Source: an uncultured Chloroflexia bacterium (GTDB lineage: Bacteria > Chloroflexota > Limnocylindria > Limnocylindrales > CSP1-4). From it: DNA of 64,000 bases. Every line of letters begins with the position of its first letter. Positions within the stretch are counted from its first letter, which is position 1. Positions 1-8,881 of the stretch are shown in pieces. The position numbers and the translations under genes were made by a program. The notes beneath the pieces are model-generated. The model made no database searches and had not been told where the DNA came from. It was given only the letters and a program-made list of their open reading frames with translations. Where the stretch lies: assembly GCA_963704935.1 (NCBI GenBank), contig CAVPIF010000003.1, positions 154,888 to 218,887 on the forward strand, written 5' to 3'.

Positions 1-11
1 CGCGACGCCCC

Positions 12-296
12 TCAGGGGATCCAGGACATCCCGGTGCCGTCGTCGTACAGGACCTCTCCGCCGTCGTGCAGGGTGAGCCGGATCGATACGACCCTCTTGG
101 GTGGCTGCATCTTCCGCGCTTCGTCGACGAGCCTGGCCGCCTGCCGCTCGCATTCGACCCGCGGCAGGTCGACGCAGGTCAGCACTGGCGTCGACGGGAG
201 GAGTTGACATCCGCCGATGACCCAACCCAGGACGAGGGCCATCCGGACCGACCGCCACGCCCCGCGCATCAGGCGCGGTCCGGTCTCACGCTCCAC
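12..296 (-). CDS. hypothetical secreted lipoprotein
   Basis: 94-aa ORF with a basic n-region, a hydrophobic core and a lipobox-like LGWVIGG-C. Internal Met codons 10 or 19 are likelier true starts. It lies 6 nt downstream of ORF 303..578. Confidence 0.45.
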   Translation of the reverse strand: MERETGPRLMRGAWRSVRMALVLGWVIGGCQLLPSTPVLTCVDLPRVECERQAARLVDEARKMQPPKRVVSIRLTLHDGGEVLYDDGTGMSWIP

Positions 297-302
297 CCGA
301 CC

Positions 303-578
303 TCAGGCGTGCAGGTCGATTCGGGTCGGGACGTTCCAGCCGATCAGTTCGCAGCCCAGGTAATGCGGTGCCCCGACCCCTGGCGTGCAATCGACGCAAC
401 CCCACGGCGCGAGTCCACCCTCGTCGGGCAGGAACGTCAGATCGCAGGCGTTGAGGGTCGGGTCGCAGTCGCGGTGGTGGCAGGCGTGGTCGCAGTGCAC
501 CCAGTGCTCACACGTGCACGCGGCCTCCGCCGAGGGCGCCCGCAGCACGGTGGCGGGGAAGGGACCGACCTGCATCAC
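303..578 (-). CDS. small Cys/His-rich hypothetical protein (possible metal binding)
   Basis: 91-aa ORF with 9 Cys and 7 His (CTCEHWVHCDHACHHRDCD ... CVDC ... GC). AGAGG lies a few nt upstream of a GTG-ATG start. No family recognised. Confidence 0.4.
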   Translation of the reverse strand: MMQVGPFPATVLRAPSAEAACTCEHWVHCDHACHHRDCDPTLNACDLTFLPDEGGLAPWGCVDCTPGVGAPHYLGCELIGWNVPTRIDLHA

Positions 579-640
579 GGCGTACCTCTGGTGGCGAACC
601 CGATCTGGTCGATTGTGCGCCGGTCGTCAATCCAGACGGA

Positions 641-1432
641 TCATCCGACCTTGCGCAGCCGCCAGATCGATTCGGCCGGCCAGCGTCGGGACCACGCGAT
701 CGCCTCGGCATCGCGATACGAACTCGTAGCGCCTTCCGGCGGCCGTGGTTCGATCAGGTCCTCCACGACCAACCCGTTGGCGCGGAAGAGCCGGATCCAC
801 GCACCGTACGGCAATTGGAACGTCGTCTCGCCGTCCTCGACGATCGTCCGCAGGTCGAAGTAGTCGAGGACGAGCCGGTCGCCCGGCCGATCGGCCCCGA
901 CGGGCCAGCAGATGTCCGAGAGGGTGGAGCCGTGGTTGAACGCGAACAGCCCGCCCGGTCGCAGCAGGCGCGCGGCTTCCGGGACCGACCGGTACGGGTC
1001 GGCAAAGGTCATCGCCCCGTGATCGCAGAACACGATGTCGAAGCTTTCGTCCGGGAGCGGCACGGCCTCAGCACTGGCGTGCAGGAGAGGAAACTCGACG
1101 CCCGCCGCCGCCATCCCGCGGCGAGCGTGCTCCAGCTGGCGCTCCGACAGGTCCAGGCCGACCGGACGAGCGCCGAGCCGGGCAAGGCCGATCGACCACG
1201 CCGCTGCGCCGCAGCCGAATTCGAGGATGTCCAGGCCGGCGACGTCGCCGAGGACGTGGATCTCAGCCTCCGGGATCTGCGCGACGCCCCAGGCGAGCCC
1301 GCCGAACCCAGCCAGCTGCGATCCGTGGCGCGCCTGGTAGTCGTCGCTCTCTGCGTTCCACGACGCTCGGTTGGCCGCTTCGTGGTCGCGCAGGCCGGCG
1401 GGGCCATCGACGGACGGCGACTCGCCCGTCAC
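641..1432 (-). CDS. class I SAM-dependent methyltransferase
   Basis: Motif I LDILEFGCGAAAW, followed by GLDLSERQLEHAR and a post-II block IVFCDHG. The GTG start overlaps the hisS stop (GTGA at 1429-1432). Confidence 0.85.
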   Translation of the reverse strand: MTGESPSVDGPAGLRDHEAANRASWNAESDDYQARHGSQLAGFGGLAWGVAQIPEAEIHVLGDVAGLDILEFGCGAAAWSIGLARLGARPVGLDLSERQLEHARRGMAAAGVEFPLLHASAEAVPLPDESFDIVFCDHGAMTFADPYRSVPEAARLLRPGGLFAFNHGSTLSDICWPVGADRPGDRLVLDYFDLRTIVEDGETTFQLPYGAWIRLFRANGLVVEDLIEPRPPEGATSSYRDAEAIAWSRRWPAESIWRLRKVG

Positions 1433-2739
1433 GTCGGATCCGTCGGCGCGCCGTGGCGATGCGAGCCGTGGGCGCGCTCCACGGAACGGGCGAGGTCCGC
1501 CAGCGGCACGGCCTTCTGCGTGCCCGCGGGCAGGTCCCGCAGCTGCACCTCCCCGGAGGCCAGTTCGTCGCCGACGATGACCGCAAGATGGGCCTGCTCC
1601 CGGGCCGCCGATTCGAGCTGCTTGCCCAGCTTCCGGTGCCCGAGCTCGGCCCGCGCGGCGATGCCCGCCGTTCGCAGTTCCGTGGCGATCCGCAGCCGCG
1701 TCACCGTGTCAGCGGCATCGGCGCCGACCACCACGACCGTGGGTGCCTCCGATGCCTCTGGGATCCGTCCCCCGCCCTGCTCGTCGAGGGCGAGCACCAA
1801 CCGGTCCAGGCCGATCCCGAAGCCGATCCCAGGCGTCGGCCGGCCGCCGAGCAGCTCCACGAGCCCGTCATACCGGCCGCCGCCCCCGAGGGCCTGCTGC
1901 TGGCCTTCGCGGCCCGAGACGTAGAACTCGAACGCGGTCCGCGTGTAGTAGTCGAGGCCCCGGACCAGCCCGGGCTCGAGCCGGTACGGCACGCCAAGCG
2001 CGTCGAGGTGCGACCGGACCGCCGCGAGATGATCGGCGCAGGCGTCGCACAGGCGATCGGTGATCCGTGGCGCCACGGCGTTCATCGCCGCCATCGCCGG
2101 GTCCTTCGAGTCGAGGAGGCGGAGCGGGTTCCTCTCCAGCCGGTCGCGCTCGAGCGGTGGCAGGGCATCGGCCCGCGCCTGGTAGTAGTCGGTCAACTCC
2201 GCGACGTAGGCGGGCCGGCACGCTGGGTCCCCGATGGAATTGAGGAGGACCTCCACGCCGGAGAGGCCGGCCTCGGCATAGAACCTCGAGCCGAGCTCGA
2301 CGATCTCCGCATCGATGGCCGGCCCTGCGTCGCCGATCGCCTCGATGTCGAATTGCCAGAACTGGCGATACCGGCCCGCCTGCGGGCGGTCGTACCGGAA
2401 CATCGGCCCGATCTCCGACAGCTTCACGGGTTGGGGCCAGCTCTGCATGCCGTGCTGGACGTAGGCGCGGACGATGCCGGCGGTGGGCTCCGGTCGGAGC
2501 GACCAGGACTCGGCCTCCTCGGTCCGCGGCGCGATCCGGAACAGCTCCTTCTCGACGATGTCGGTCACCTGGCCGACGCCGCGCTCGAAGACCGCGGTCT
2601 GTTCGAACAGTGGCGTATCGATCCGGCGATAGCCGTAGCGGGTTGCGAGATCGCCGGCAAGCCGCTCCAGGCGGGTCCAGGTCGGCGTCTCGGTCGGCAG
2701 CAGGTCGCGCGTGCCGCGCGGGGCCTTGAACGTCCGCAT
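1429..2739 (-). CDS. hisS: histidine--tRNA ligase
   Basis: 436 aa. N-terminus MRTFKAPRGTRDLLP, class II aaRS motifs, GGGGRYDGL, C-terminal anticodon-binding domain. Confidence 0.97.
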   Translation of the reverse strand: MRTFKAPRGTRDLLPTETPTWTRLERLAGDLATRYGYRRIDTPLFEQTAVFERGVGQVTDIVEKELFRIAPRTEEAESWSLRPEPTAGIVRAYVQHGMQSWPQPVKLSEIGPMFRYDRPQAGRYRQFWQFDIEAIGDAGPAIDAEIVELGSRFYAEAGLSGVEVLLNSIGDPACRPAYVAELTDYYQARADALPPLERDRLERNPLRLLDSKDPAMAAMNAVAPRITDRLCDACADHLAAVRSHLDALGVPYRLEPGLVRGLDYYTRTAFEFYVSGREGQQQALGGGGRYDGLVELLGGRPTPGIGFGIGLDRLVLALDEQGGGRIPEASEAPTVVVVGADAADTVTRLRIATELRTAGIAARAELGHRKLGKQLESAAREQAHLAVIVGDELASGEVQLRDLPAGTQKAVPLADLARSVERAHGSHRHGAPTDPT

Positions 2740-2752
2740 CCGCGTGATCCGC

Positions 2753-5032
2753 CTACCCCAGGTCGCGCTGGACGTTGATCACGTCCTTGAGGTTCTCGAT
2801 CCGACTCATCACCCGCGCGAGCTGTGACACCGACTGGACCTGCAGTGTCGCCGTCACGAAGGCCGTGTGGTCGGCGGTCACCCCGACCGATGCCGACAGG
2901 ATGTTGACCTTGTTCTCCGCCACGACCTGGGTGATATCGGACAGGAGGCCCGTCCGGTCGTACGCCTCGACGCGGATCGCGATCGGATAGGTCTGGGAAG
3001 CCGCCGCCTCCCACTCCACCTCGATGAGCCGGGTCACCTCACGCTCGTTGATGACGGTCGGGCAGCTGCGGAGATGCACCGTGACGCCCTTGCCGCGAGT
3101 GATGAAGCCGACGATCGGGTCGCCCGGGATGGGAGTGCAGCATTTCGCGAAGCGGACGAGGAGGTCGCCGACGCCCTTGACCCGGACCCCGCCGGTGCGG
3201 GCGGCCTGGGGCGGGGCGACGGTCGGCAGCTGGCTCTGGCCATCGTCGACGACGCCCAGGCGCATGACCACCGACTGGGCGCTGACGGCGCCATAGCCGA
3301 CGGCGGCCAGGAAGTCGTCCACCGACTCGTAGGTGAATTGGCGCGCGACCTCGCTGATCTTCTCGGCTCCCACGGCGCCGATGGAGGTCCGCGCCAGACG
3401 CCGGAGCTCGCGCTCAAGGGACTCGCGTCCATGGATGATGTTCTCGTCGCGGTCCTTGCGTTTGAACCATTGGCGGATCTTCTCGCGAGCGTGGCTCGTG
3501 CGGACGACGTTCAGCCAGTCACGCGATGGGCCGTGCTCGCCCTTGGTCGTCACGATCTCGACGATGTCGCCGTTCTTGAGTCGGTAGTCGAGCGGGACCA
3601 GGCGGTTGTTGACCTTCGCGCCGATGGTGCGGTGGCCCACGTCGGTGTGGATGCGGTAGGCGAAGTCGAGCGGCGTGGCGCCCGCCGGCAGGTCCTTGAT
3701 GTCGCCGCGCGGCGTGAACACGAAGACCTGGTCCTGGAAGATGTCGAGCTTGATTCCCTCGACGAACTCGGTCGCGTCGGATTCGGACACATCGCGTTGC
3801 CAGTCCATGAGCTGGCGCAGCCAGGCGAGCTTCGCGTCGTACTCGCGATCCGACTTCGTACCCTCCTTGTAACGCCAGTGGGCAGCGATCCCGACCTCGC
3901 TGACCTGGTGCATCTGGTTGGTCCGGATCTGGATCTCGAGCGGCTTTCCGTCGATCGCGATGACGGCCGTGTGGAGCGACTGGTACAGGTTGTTCTTCGG
4001 GACGGCGATGTAGTCGTCGAACTGGCCCGGGATCGGACGCCAGATGCTGTGCACGATCCCCAGGGCGGCGTAGCAGTCGCGCACGTCGTCCACGAGCAGT
4101 CGGATGGCGTAGACGTCGTAGATCTCGCCGAACTCCGCGCTCTTGCGCTCCATCTTCTTCCAGATGCTGTAGATGTGCTTGGGCCGACCCTGGACGTCCG
4201 CCTGGATGCCCGCGGAATCCAGCTTGGGCCGGAGTTCGGCGATGGCCCGCTCGATGTAGGTCTCCCGACCCTTGCGCCGGGTGTCGAGCAGCCTGGCCAG
4301 CTCGCGGAAGCGCTCCGGCTCCAGCGCCTTGAAGGCGAGGTCCTCCAGCTCCCACTTGATCTGCCAGATCCCCAGCCGCTCCGCGAGCGGCGCGTAGATC
4401 TCCATCGTCTGGTGTGCGATGCGCTGTTGCTTGTCCGACGGGAGGCCGTACAGCGTTCGCATGTTGTGGAGACGGTCGGCAAGCTTGATGAGGACGACCC
4501 GGATGTCCTCCGCCATGGCCAGCAGCATCTTGCGGATGTTCTCCGCCTGCTGCTGCTCGTGGCTGTGCGTGGAGAATCGCGAGAGCTTGGTGACGCCGTC
4601 GACGAGGTGGGCGACCTCGCCTCCGAAGCGCTCCTCGACATCGGTCAGGCTGAACTCGGTGTCCTCGGGGACGTCGTGCAGCAAGGCCGCCTGGATGGCC
4701 ACGGGATCGATCCCGAGCTCGGCCAGGATCTGGGCGCTGGCGATCGGATGGGTGACGTACGGCTCGCCGGTCGCCCGGGTCTGGGTCCGGTGCGCCTCGA
4801 CGGCCATGTCGTACGCCGCGTCCACGGCGGCGAGATCGACCGTGGGATGGTGCTCGGCGATGGAGGCCCTGAGCGCGGACCGGAGGACCTCGAGATCGAT
4901 CGCCGCACCGGGGGCTGTCGCCACGGCCGACGCGCGGCGCGGCCCGCCTCGCGTCCCGGCCACGTCACGCGGAGCGCGACTGGCTGGAGCGGCGGCCTTG
5001 GATCGTGGGGTCGTCGTGGCCATGGGCCGCAA
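2753..5032 (-). CDS. rel: bifunctional (p)ppGpp synthetase/hydrolase RelA/SpoT family
   Basis: 759 aa with an HD hydrolase domain (HDVPEDT), a RelA/SpoT synthetase core (YSIWKKM, YQSLHT), and TGS and C-terminal ACT domains. Confidence 0.97.
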   Translation of the reverse strand: MRPMATTTPRSKAAAPASRAPRDVAGTRGGPRRASAVATAPGAAIDLEVLRSALRASIAEHHPTVDLAAVDAAYDMAVEAHRTQTRATGEPYVTHPIASAQILAELGIDPVAIQAALLHDVPEDTEFSLTDVEERFGGEVAHLVDGVTKLSRFSTHSHEQQQAENIRKMLLAMAEDIRVVLIKLADRLHNMRTLYGLPSDKQQRIAHQTMEIYAPLAERLGIWQIKWELEDLAFKALEPERFRELARLLDTRRKGRETYIERAIAELRPKLDSAGIQADVQGRPKHIYSIWKKMERKSAEFGEIYDVYAIRLLVDDVRDCYAALGIVHSIWRPIPGQFDDYIAVPKNNLYQSLHTAVIAIDGKPLEIQIRTNQMHQVSEVGIAAHWRYKEGTKSDREYDAKLAWLRQLMDWQRDVSESDATEFVEGIKLDIFQDQVFVFTPRGDIKDLPAGATPLDFAYRIHTDVGHRTIGAKVNNRLVPLDYRLKNGDIVEIVTTKGEHGPSRDWLNVVRTSHAREKIRQWFKRKDRDENIIHGRESLERELRRLARTSIGAVGAEKISEVARQFTYESVDDFLAAVGYGAVSAQSVVMRLGVVDDGQSQLPTVAPPQAARTGGVRVKGVGDLLVRFAKCCTPIPGDPIVGFITRGKGVTVHLRSCPTVINEREVTRLIEVEWEAAASQTYPIAIRVEAYDRTGLLSDITQVVAENKVNILSASVGVTADHTAFVTATLQVQSVSQLARVMSRIENLKDVINVQRDLG

Positions 5033-5055
5033 GGATAGCAGTGGCCCCGTGCGGA

Positions 5056-6633
5056 TCAGGTCGGTCCGGGATACCCCATCGCGGCCAGCACATCCTCGGC
5101 GACCTGCCGCTCATCCCAGGGCGTCTCGCCATCTGCCCCGATGATCGATCGCTCGTGGCCCTTTCCGGCGAGCAACACGACGTCTCCGGGTCGCGCCGCC
5201 GCGAGGGCCACCTCGATCGCCCGGCGCCGGTCCGCGATCAGCATCAGGTCCTGATCGCGGCGTCGGCCGGCGGATTCCGCGCCACCGGCGATCGCGTCCA
5301 GGATCGCCAGCCGGTCCTCGCCGCGCGGGTCCTCATCGGTCACGACCACGAGGCGGCATCGTTCGCCCGCGATCCGTCCCATCAGCGGCCGCTTCGCCGT
5401 GTCCCGCTCCCCCGCGGACCCGAACACCGCGATGACGCCGCCGCCGCGCTCCGCCGCCACCGGTGCCAGCAGGTCGAGCACGGCCTCCAGTGACGCCGGG
5501 CTGTGGGCGAAGTCCACCACGACACCGAACGGCTGGGCGCGATCGATGCGCTCCATCCGGCCGGGCACGCGCTCCAGCGCCTCGAGACCGCGCCGGACGG
5601 CGGCCGGATCGAGTCCCATCGCCTCCCCGAGCGCGACGACGGCCAGCGCGTTGTGGACGTTGAACCGGCCGGCTAGCCGCAGGTCCAGGTCCGCGTCGCC
5701 GAACGGACCGCGGACCGCCGCGTGGAGGCCCGCGGTATCCTCCCTGATCCTCGTCGCCCGGATGTCCGCGGCCTGCCCGCTCCCGTAGGTGATGACCCGC
5801 GCCCCGGCCTGGCGCGCGACGCTCGCGAAGGAGTCCGCCGCCGGGTCGTCGGCGTTCACGATGCCGACCGCGGCTGGTCCGGTCAGCCGGGCGAACAGCG
5901 ACAGCTTGGCATCGCGATACGCCTCCCAGGATCCGTGGAGTTCCAGGTGTTCATGGGTGAGGTTCGTGAGGATCGCGATGTCATAGGCCACGGACGCGAC
6001 GCGGTCAAGGGCAAGGCCGTGCGAGGTGGTCTCGATCACCGCCACCGAGTCGCCGCCGTCGACCATGGCCCGGAGGGCGGCCTGCAGCTCCGGGGCCTCC
6101 GGCGTCGTCGCGTGGGCGACATGCTCGTCCGTCCGTCCACCGATCCGCGTGGCGATCGTGCCGATCATCCCGGTCCGGCGGCCGGCCGCCTCCAGCGCCG
6201 CGACCGCGAGGTAGGCGGTCGTGGTCTTGCCATCCGTGCCCGTGATGCCGACGACGGTCAGCGAGCGCGACGGATCGCCGAACCACCACGCCGCGGCGCT
6301 CGCCAGGGCCCGTCGCGTCGCGCCGACGACCAGCTGCGGGACCGCCAGCCCGGGAAGCGGCTGCTCGACGATCAGCGCCGCCGCGCCCGCGGCGACGGCG
6401 GCGGCCGCATGGTCATGCCCATCCGCACGCAGCCCGGCGACCGCGACGAAGAGCGCTCCCCGAGCCACGGTCCGCGAATCCTGGCTCACGCCCGTGACCG
6501 ATACCTCGCCGATCTCGGCGACGGCGGCGGGCCGATCGGCGATCCGCGTCTCCCGCAGGAGACCCTCCATCGCCAGCCGGTCCGCCAGCTCGCCGAGCGG
6601 TCTGGCGGCGGGCGGTACGTCGAGGTCACTCAT
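5056..6633 (-). CDS. murE: UDP-N-acetylmuramoyl-L-alanyl-D-glutamate--2,6-diaminopimelate (or L-Lys) ligase
   Basis: Mur ligase with P-loop VVGITGTDGKTTT and a MurE-type N-terminus (VTGVSQDSRTV..GALFVA). Start moved to ATG 6633 (MSDLDVPP), which forms ATGA with the upstream stop. The longer track ORF overlaps the fem gene. Confidence 0.92.
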   Translation of the reverse strand: MSDLDVPPAARPLGELADRLAMEGLLRETRIADRPAAVAEIGEVSVTGVSQDSRTVARGALFVAVAGLRADGHDHAAAAVAAGAAALIVEQPLPGLAVPQLVVGATRRALASAAAWWFGDPSRSLTVVGITGTDGKTTTAYLAVAALEAAGRRTGMIGTIATRIGGRTDEHVAHATTPEAPELQAALRAMVDGGDSVAVIETTSHGLALDRVASVAYDIAILTNLTHEHLELHGSWEAYRDAKLSLFARLTGPAAVGIVNADDPAADSFASVARQAGARVITYGSGQAADIRATRIREDTAGLHAAVRGPFGDADLDLRLAGRFNVHNALAVVALGEAMGLDPAAVRRGLEALERVPGRMERIDRAQPFGVVVDFAHSPASLEAVLDLLAPVAAERGGGVIAVFGSAGERDTAKRPLMGRIAGERCRLVVVTDEDPRGEDRLAILDAIAGGAESAGRRRDQDLMLIADRRRAIEVALAAARPGDVVLLAGKGHERSIIGADGETPWDERQVAEDVLAAMGYPGPT

Positions 6634-7739
6634 CGGCCGAGACCTCGCGCCACCCGGCCCGTGAGGCGCCCGAGCTGGTACCGCCACGGACGGACGACCC
6701 GTTCGTGCGCCCCGATCATCTCGACCCACCCGGCACCGAACGCGCGCTTGTGCTCGTAGAGGCCGGCCATCGCGTCACCTGGTCGCGGCTCGCCGTGGTC
6801 AGGCCCGACATCGACCCCACCCAGGTCCATCTCCGTCCGCCCTTCACGGATCGCCAGTTGGATCGCCCGCCAGCGGAGCAGGTGCATCACGCCCGGGTGG
6901 GTGTCCCGCACGCCCGGTGCGTCGGCCGAGTGCACGGTGGACAGCCGGTCGCCGTGGCGATAGAGGACGAGACCGCCGAGCGTCCGACCCGGGTCATCGC
7001 CGTCGACGACCTCCAGGTAGATCAGCAGGCCGGCGGCATGAGCCGCCGACCACCAGTCCAGGAAGACCGCGCGCGGCCCGAACCGGAAGCCGCGCCGTTC
7101 ACCGGTTCCCTCGAGGAGCGTGGCGAAGCGCTCTAGCGCGTCGCGCGATGGGCCGTGCGGCCGGGTGAATTCGGGGTGGTCTCCGGGCCAGCCGGCTGTG
7201 TCATGCCGGGACACGACGATCCCGTCGCGCTCCGCAGCGGCGATCCGTTGACGCGTACTCTTGCCGATCCCCGCGCGGACCGCGGCGTCGTCGGTGTCCG
7301 GCGCGAGGGCCAGGCTCACCCGGTGGCGCGAGGGCTGGATCTCCGGGATCCGATGGAATCCGGCGGCAAGCAGCGTCTCACGCACCCCGGGCGAGGACGC
7401 GGGGATCTCCGCGTCGGTGGCGATGACATCGATCCCCCGCGTCGCCAGCCAGTCGGCCAGGGCGATCGTCCGGGCGGCTGCCTGGCCGGGCGCGTCGTGC
7501 GGGTCGGCCACGGGACCGCGCGGGATGTAGGCGCCGGCGCCGCCGACCCACCGGAACGGACGGACCAGCACCAGGGCTGCGTGCTCGTCGTCCAGCATGA
7601 CGTAGAGCGGCCGCCACCCAAGCCGCGCTCGTTGTTCCGCCCAGGCGCTCGACTGGTAGACATGCCCGCCCGGGACGCGGACCGTGAGCCGATCCCAGTC
7701 CGCGAGCTCGGCCGGGGTGGCCTCGCGCGGTGCGATCAC
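6630..7739 (-). CDS. FemAB-family peptidoglycan interpeptide-bridge aminoacyltransferase (copy 1)
   Basis: Fem-like blocks YQSSAWAEQRARLGW and YEHKRAFGAGW. The size after trimming (369 aa) fits the family. GTG 7739 overlaps the upstream stop (GTGA). The 140 aa further upstream in the track ORF are Arg/Pro-rich and overlap copy 2. Confidence 0.78.
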   Translation of the reverse strand: MIAPREATPAELADWDRLTVRVPGGHVYQSSAWAEQRARLGWRPLYVMLDDEHAALVLVRPFRWVGGAGAYIPRGPVADPHDAPGQAAARTIALADWLATRGIDVIATDAEIPASSPGVRETLLAAGFHRIPEIQPSRHRVSLALAPDTDDAAVRAGIGKSTRQRIAAAERDGIVVSRHDTAGWPGDHPEFTRPHGPSRDALERFATLLEGTGERRGFRFGPRAVFLDWWSAAHAAGLLIYLEVVDGDDPGRTLGGLVLYRHGDRLSTVHSADAPGVRDTHPGVMHLLRWRAIQLAIREGRTEMDLGGVDVGPDHGEPRPGDAMAGLYEHKRAFGAGWVEMIGAHERVVRPWRYQLGRLTGRVARGLGR

Positions 7740-8881
7740 TCGTCGCCTCGGTAGGCGGACGCGCCGCCCGCCCCGGACAGCCCGTGCCGCCGACGGGCCC
7801 ATCGGACGCGCGCCCGCAGCGCGGCCTCGTAGATCGACCGCCCGACGGCGTCCAGGGTCAGGTCGTACGCCCCGATGTAGCGGATCTCGCGACCTCCGAA
7901 CCCGGTCTTGAAGTGGGCGATGCCGCCGGTGGCAAGGCCCCACAGGTCGTAGGCGGTGGCCCCCCGCTCCCGTGACGACCGGATCGCCTCCCACTTGAGC
8001 AGGTAGTTCGCCCGGCTTTCGGCGCCGGCGGGCGTCATGCCACCGTACGGTTCCACGACGCGCGAGCCGGCGCGGACGAGGAACAGCGTCGCGACGGCCT
8101 CGCCGTCCGGCAACTGGGCGAACAGGAGTCGGGCGCGGCCGGCGGGCCGGAAGGCCTCCCACACGTCGCGGTAGGCGCGCTCGGTCCGGATCAGGAACCC
8201 GGCCCGCTCGGCGGTCTCCCGGTAGATCCGGTGGAACTCCCCGAGCCGGTCACCCTCGGCATCCACGACGGTCACGCCCGCGGACCTGGCCTTGTTGACG
8301 TACTGGCGCCACTTCTTGCGCAGGTCGCTCCAGATGGCTCCTTCGTCGGCGCGGAGGTCGATCACGCGGGTCGACGCCGGCTGGATCGGCGGGGCCGGGC
8401 GCCAGCCGGATCCGTGGAGAGCGCGCCGGAGGCTGCCGTCGATGTCGGCTGGTCCGTCCCACTCGATCTCTGGGTCGATGCGCAGATGTGACACCCGGCC
8501 GGCCGCCGGTCGCAGCCCGGATCTGACCTCCTGCGTGAATGCCCGGATCGCGTCCTCCGACCAGTCGCCGGACACCGGGCCACGCGGGGCGTAGGCAAAG
8601 CCCCAGGGCAGCGGCCGGGGGCGGCGAACGAGCACCTGGGCGCCGATCCGCATCGCCGACGGTTCGGCCCCGGGAGCGTCATCGGACGGGACCGTCAGGC
8701 GATGCGCCGACCACCCGTTGACCGCCTTGACGGCCGCCCAGCCCGACAACTGGAGGTACGACCCAGGGTCATGCGATTCGACGAACGCGTCCCAACCGGC
8801 AGCGTCGACTGCGGCCTCGCGATCGGCGTGTGGCACGAGTCCCGTCGCCTCCGTGGCCGGGGTCGGCTCGATGGCCGTCAC
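7736..8881 (-). CDS. FemAB-family peptidoglycan interpeptide-bridge aminoacyltransferase (copy 2)
   Basis: Blocks YLQLSGWAAVKAVNGW, LLKWEAI and FKTGFGGREIRYIGAYD (a typical Fem C-terminus). GTG 8881 overlaps the murJ stop (GTGA). Confidence 0.8.
   Translation of the reverse strand: MTAIEPTPATEATGLVPHADREAAVDAAGWDAFVESHDPGSYLQLSGWAAVKAVNGWSAHRLTVPSDDAPGAEPSAMRIGAQVLVRRPRPLPWGFAYAPRGPVSGDWSEDAIRAFTQEVRSGLRPAAGRVSHLRIDPEIEWDGPADIDGSLRRALHGSGWRPAPPIQPASTRVIDLRADEGAIWSDLRKKWRQYVNKARSAGVTVVDAEGDRLGEFHRIYRETAERAGFLIRTERAYRDVWEAFRPAGRARLLFAQLPDGEAVATLFLVRAGSRVVEPYGGMTPAGAESRANYLLKWEAIRSSRERGATAYDLWGLATGGIAHFKTGFGGREIRYIGAYDLTLDAVGRSIYEAALRARVRWARRRHGLSGAGGASAYRGDE

Noticed and set aside
2867-5038. 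723-aa plus-strand ORF covering the whole rel gene. Similar mirror ORFs occur at 1453..2778, 8830..10530, 12029..13834, 34522..36417 and 38643..40166.
   Set aside because: These are antisense frames of clearly homologous minus-strand genes. The translations are Arg/Gly/Asp/Pro low-complexity, as expected when stop codons are rare at about 70% GC.
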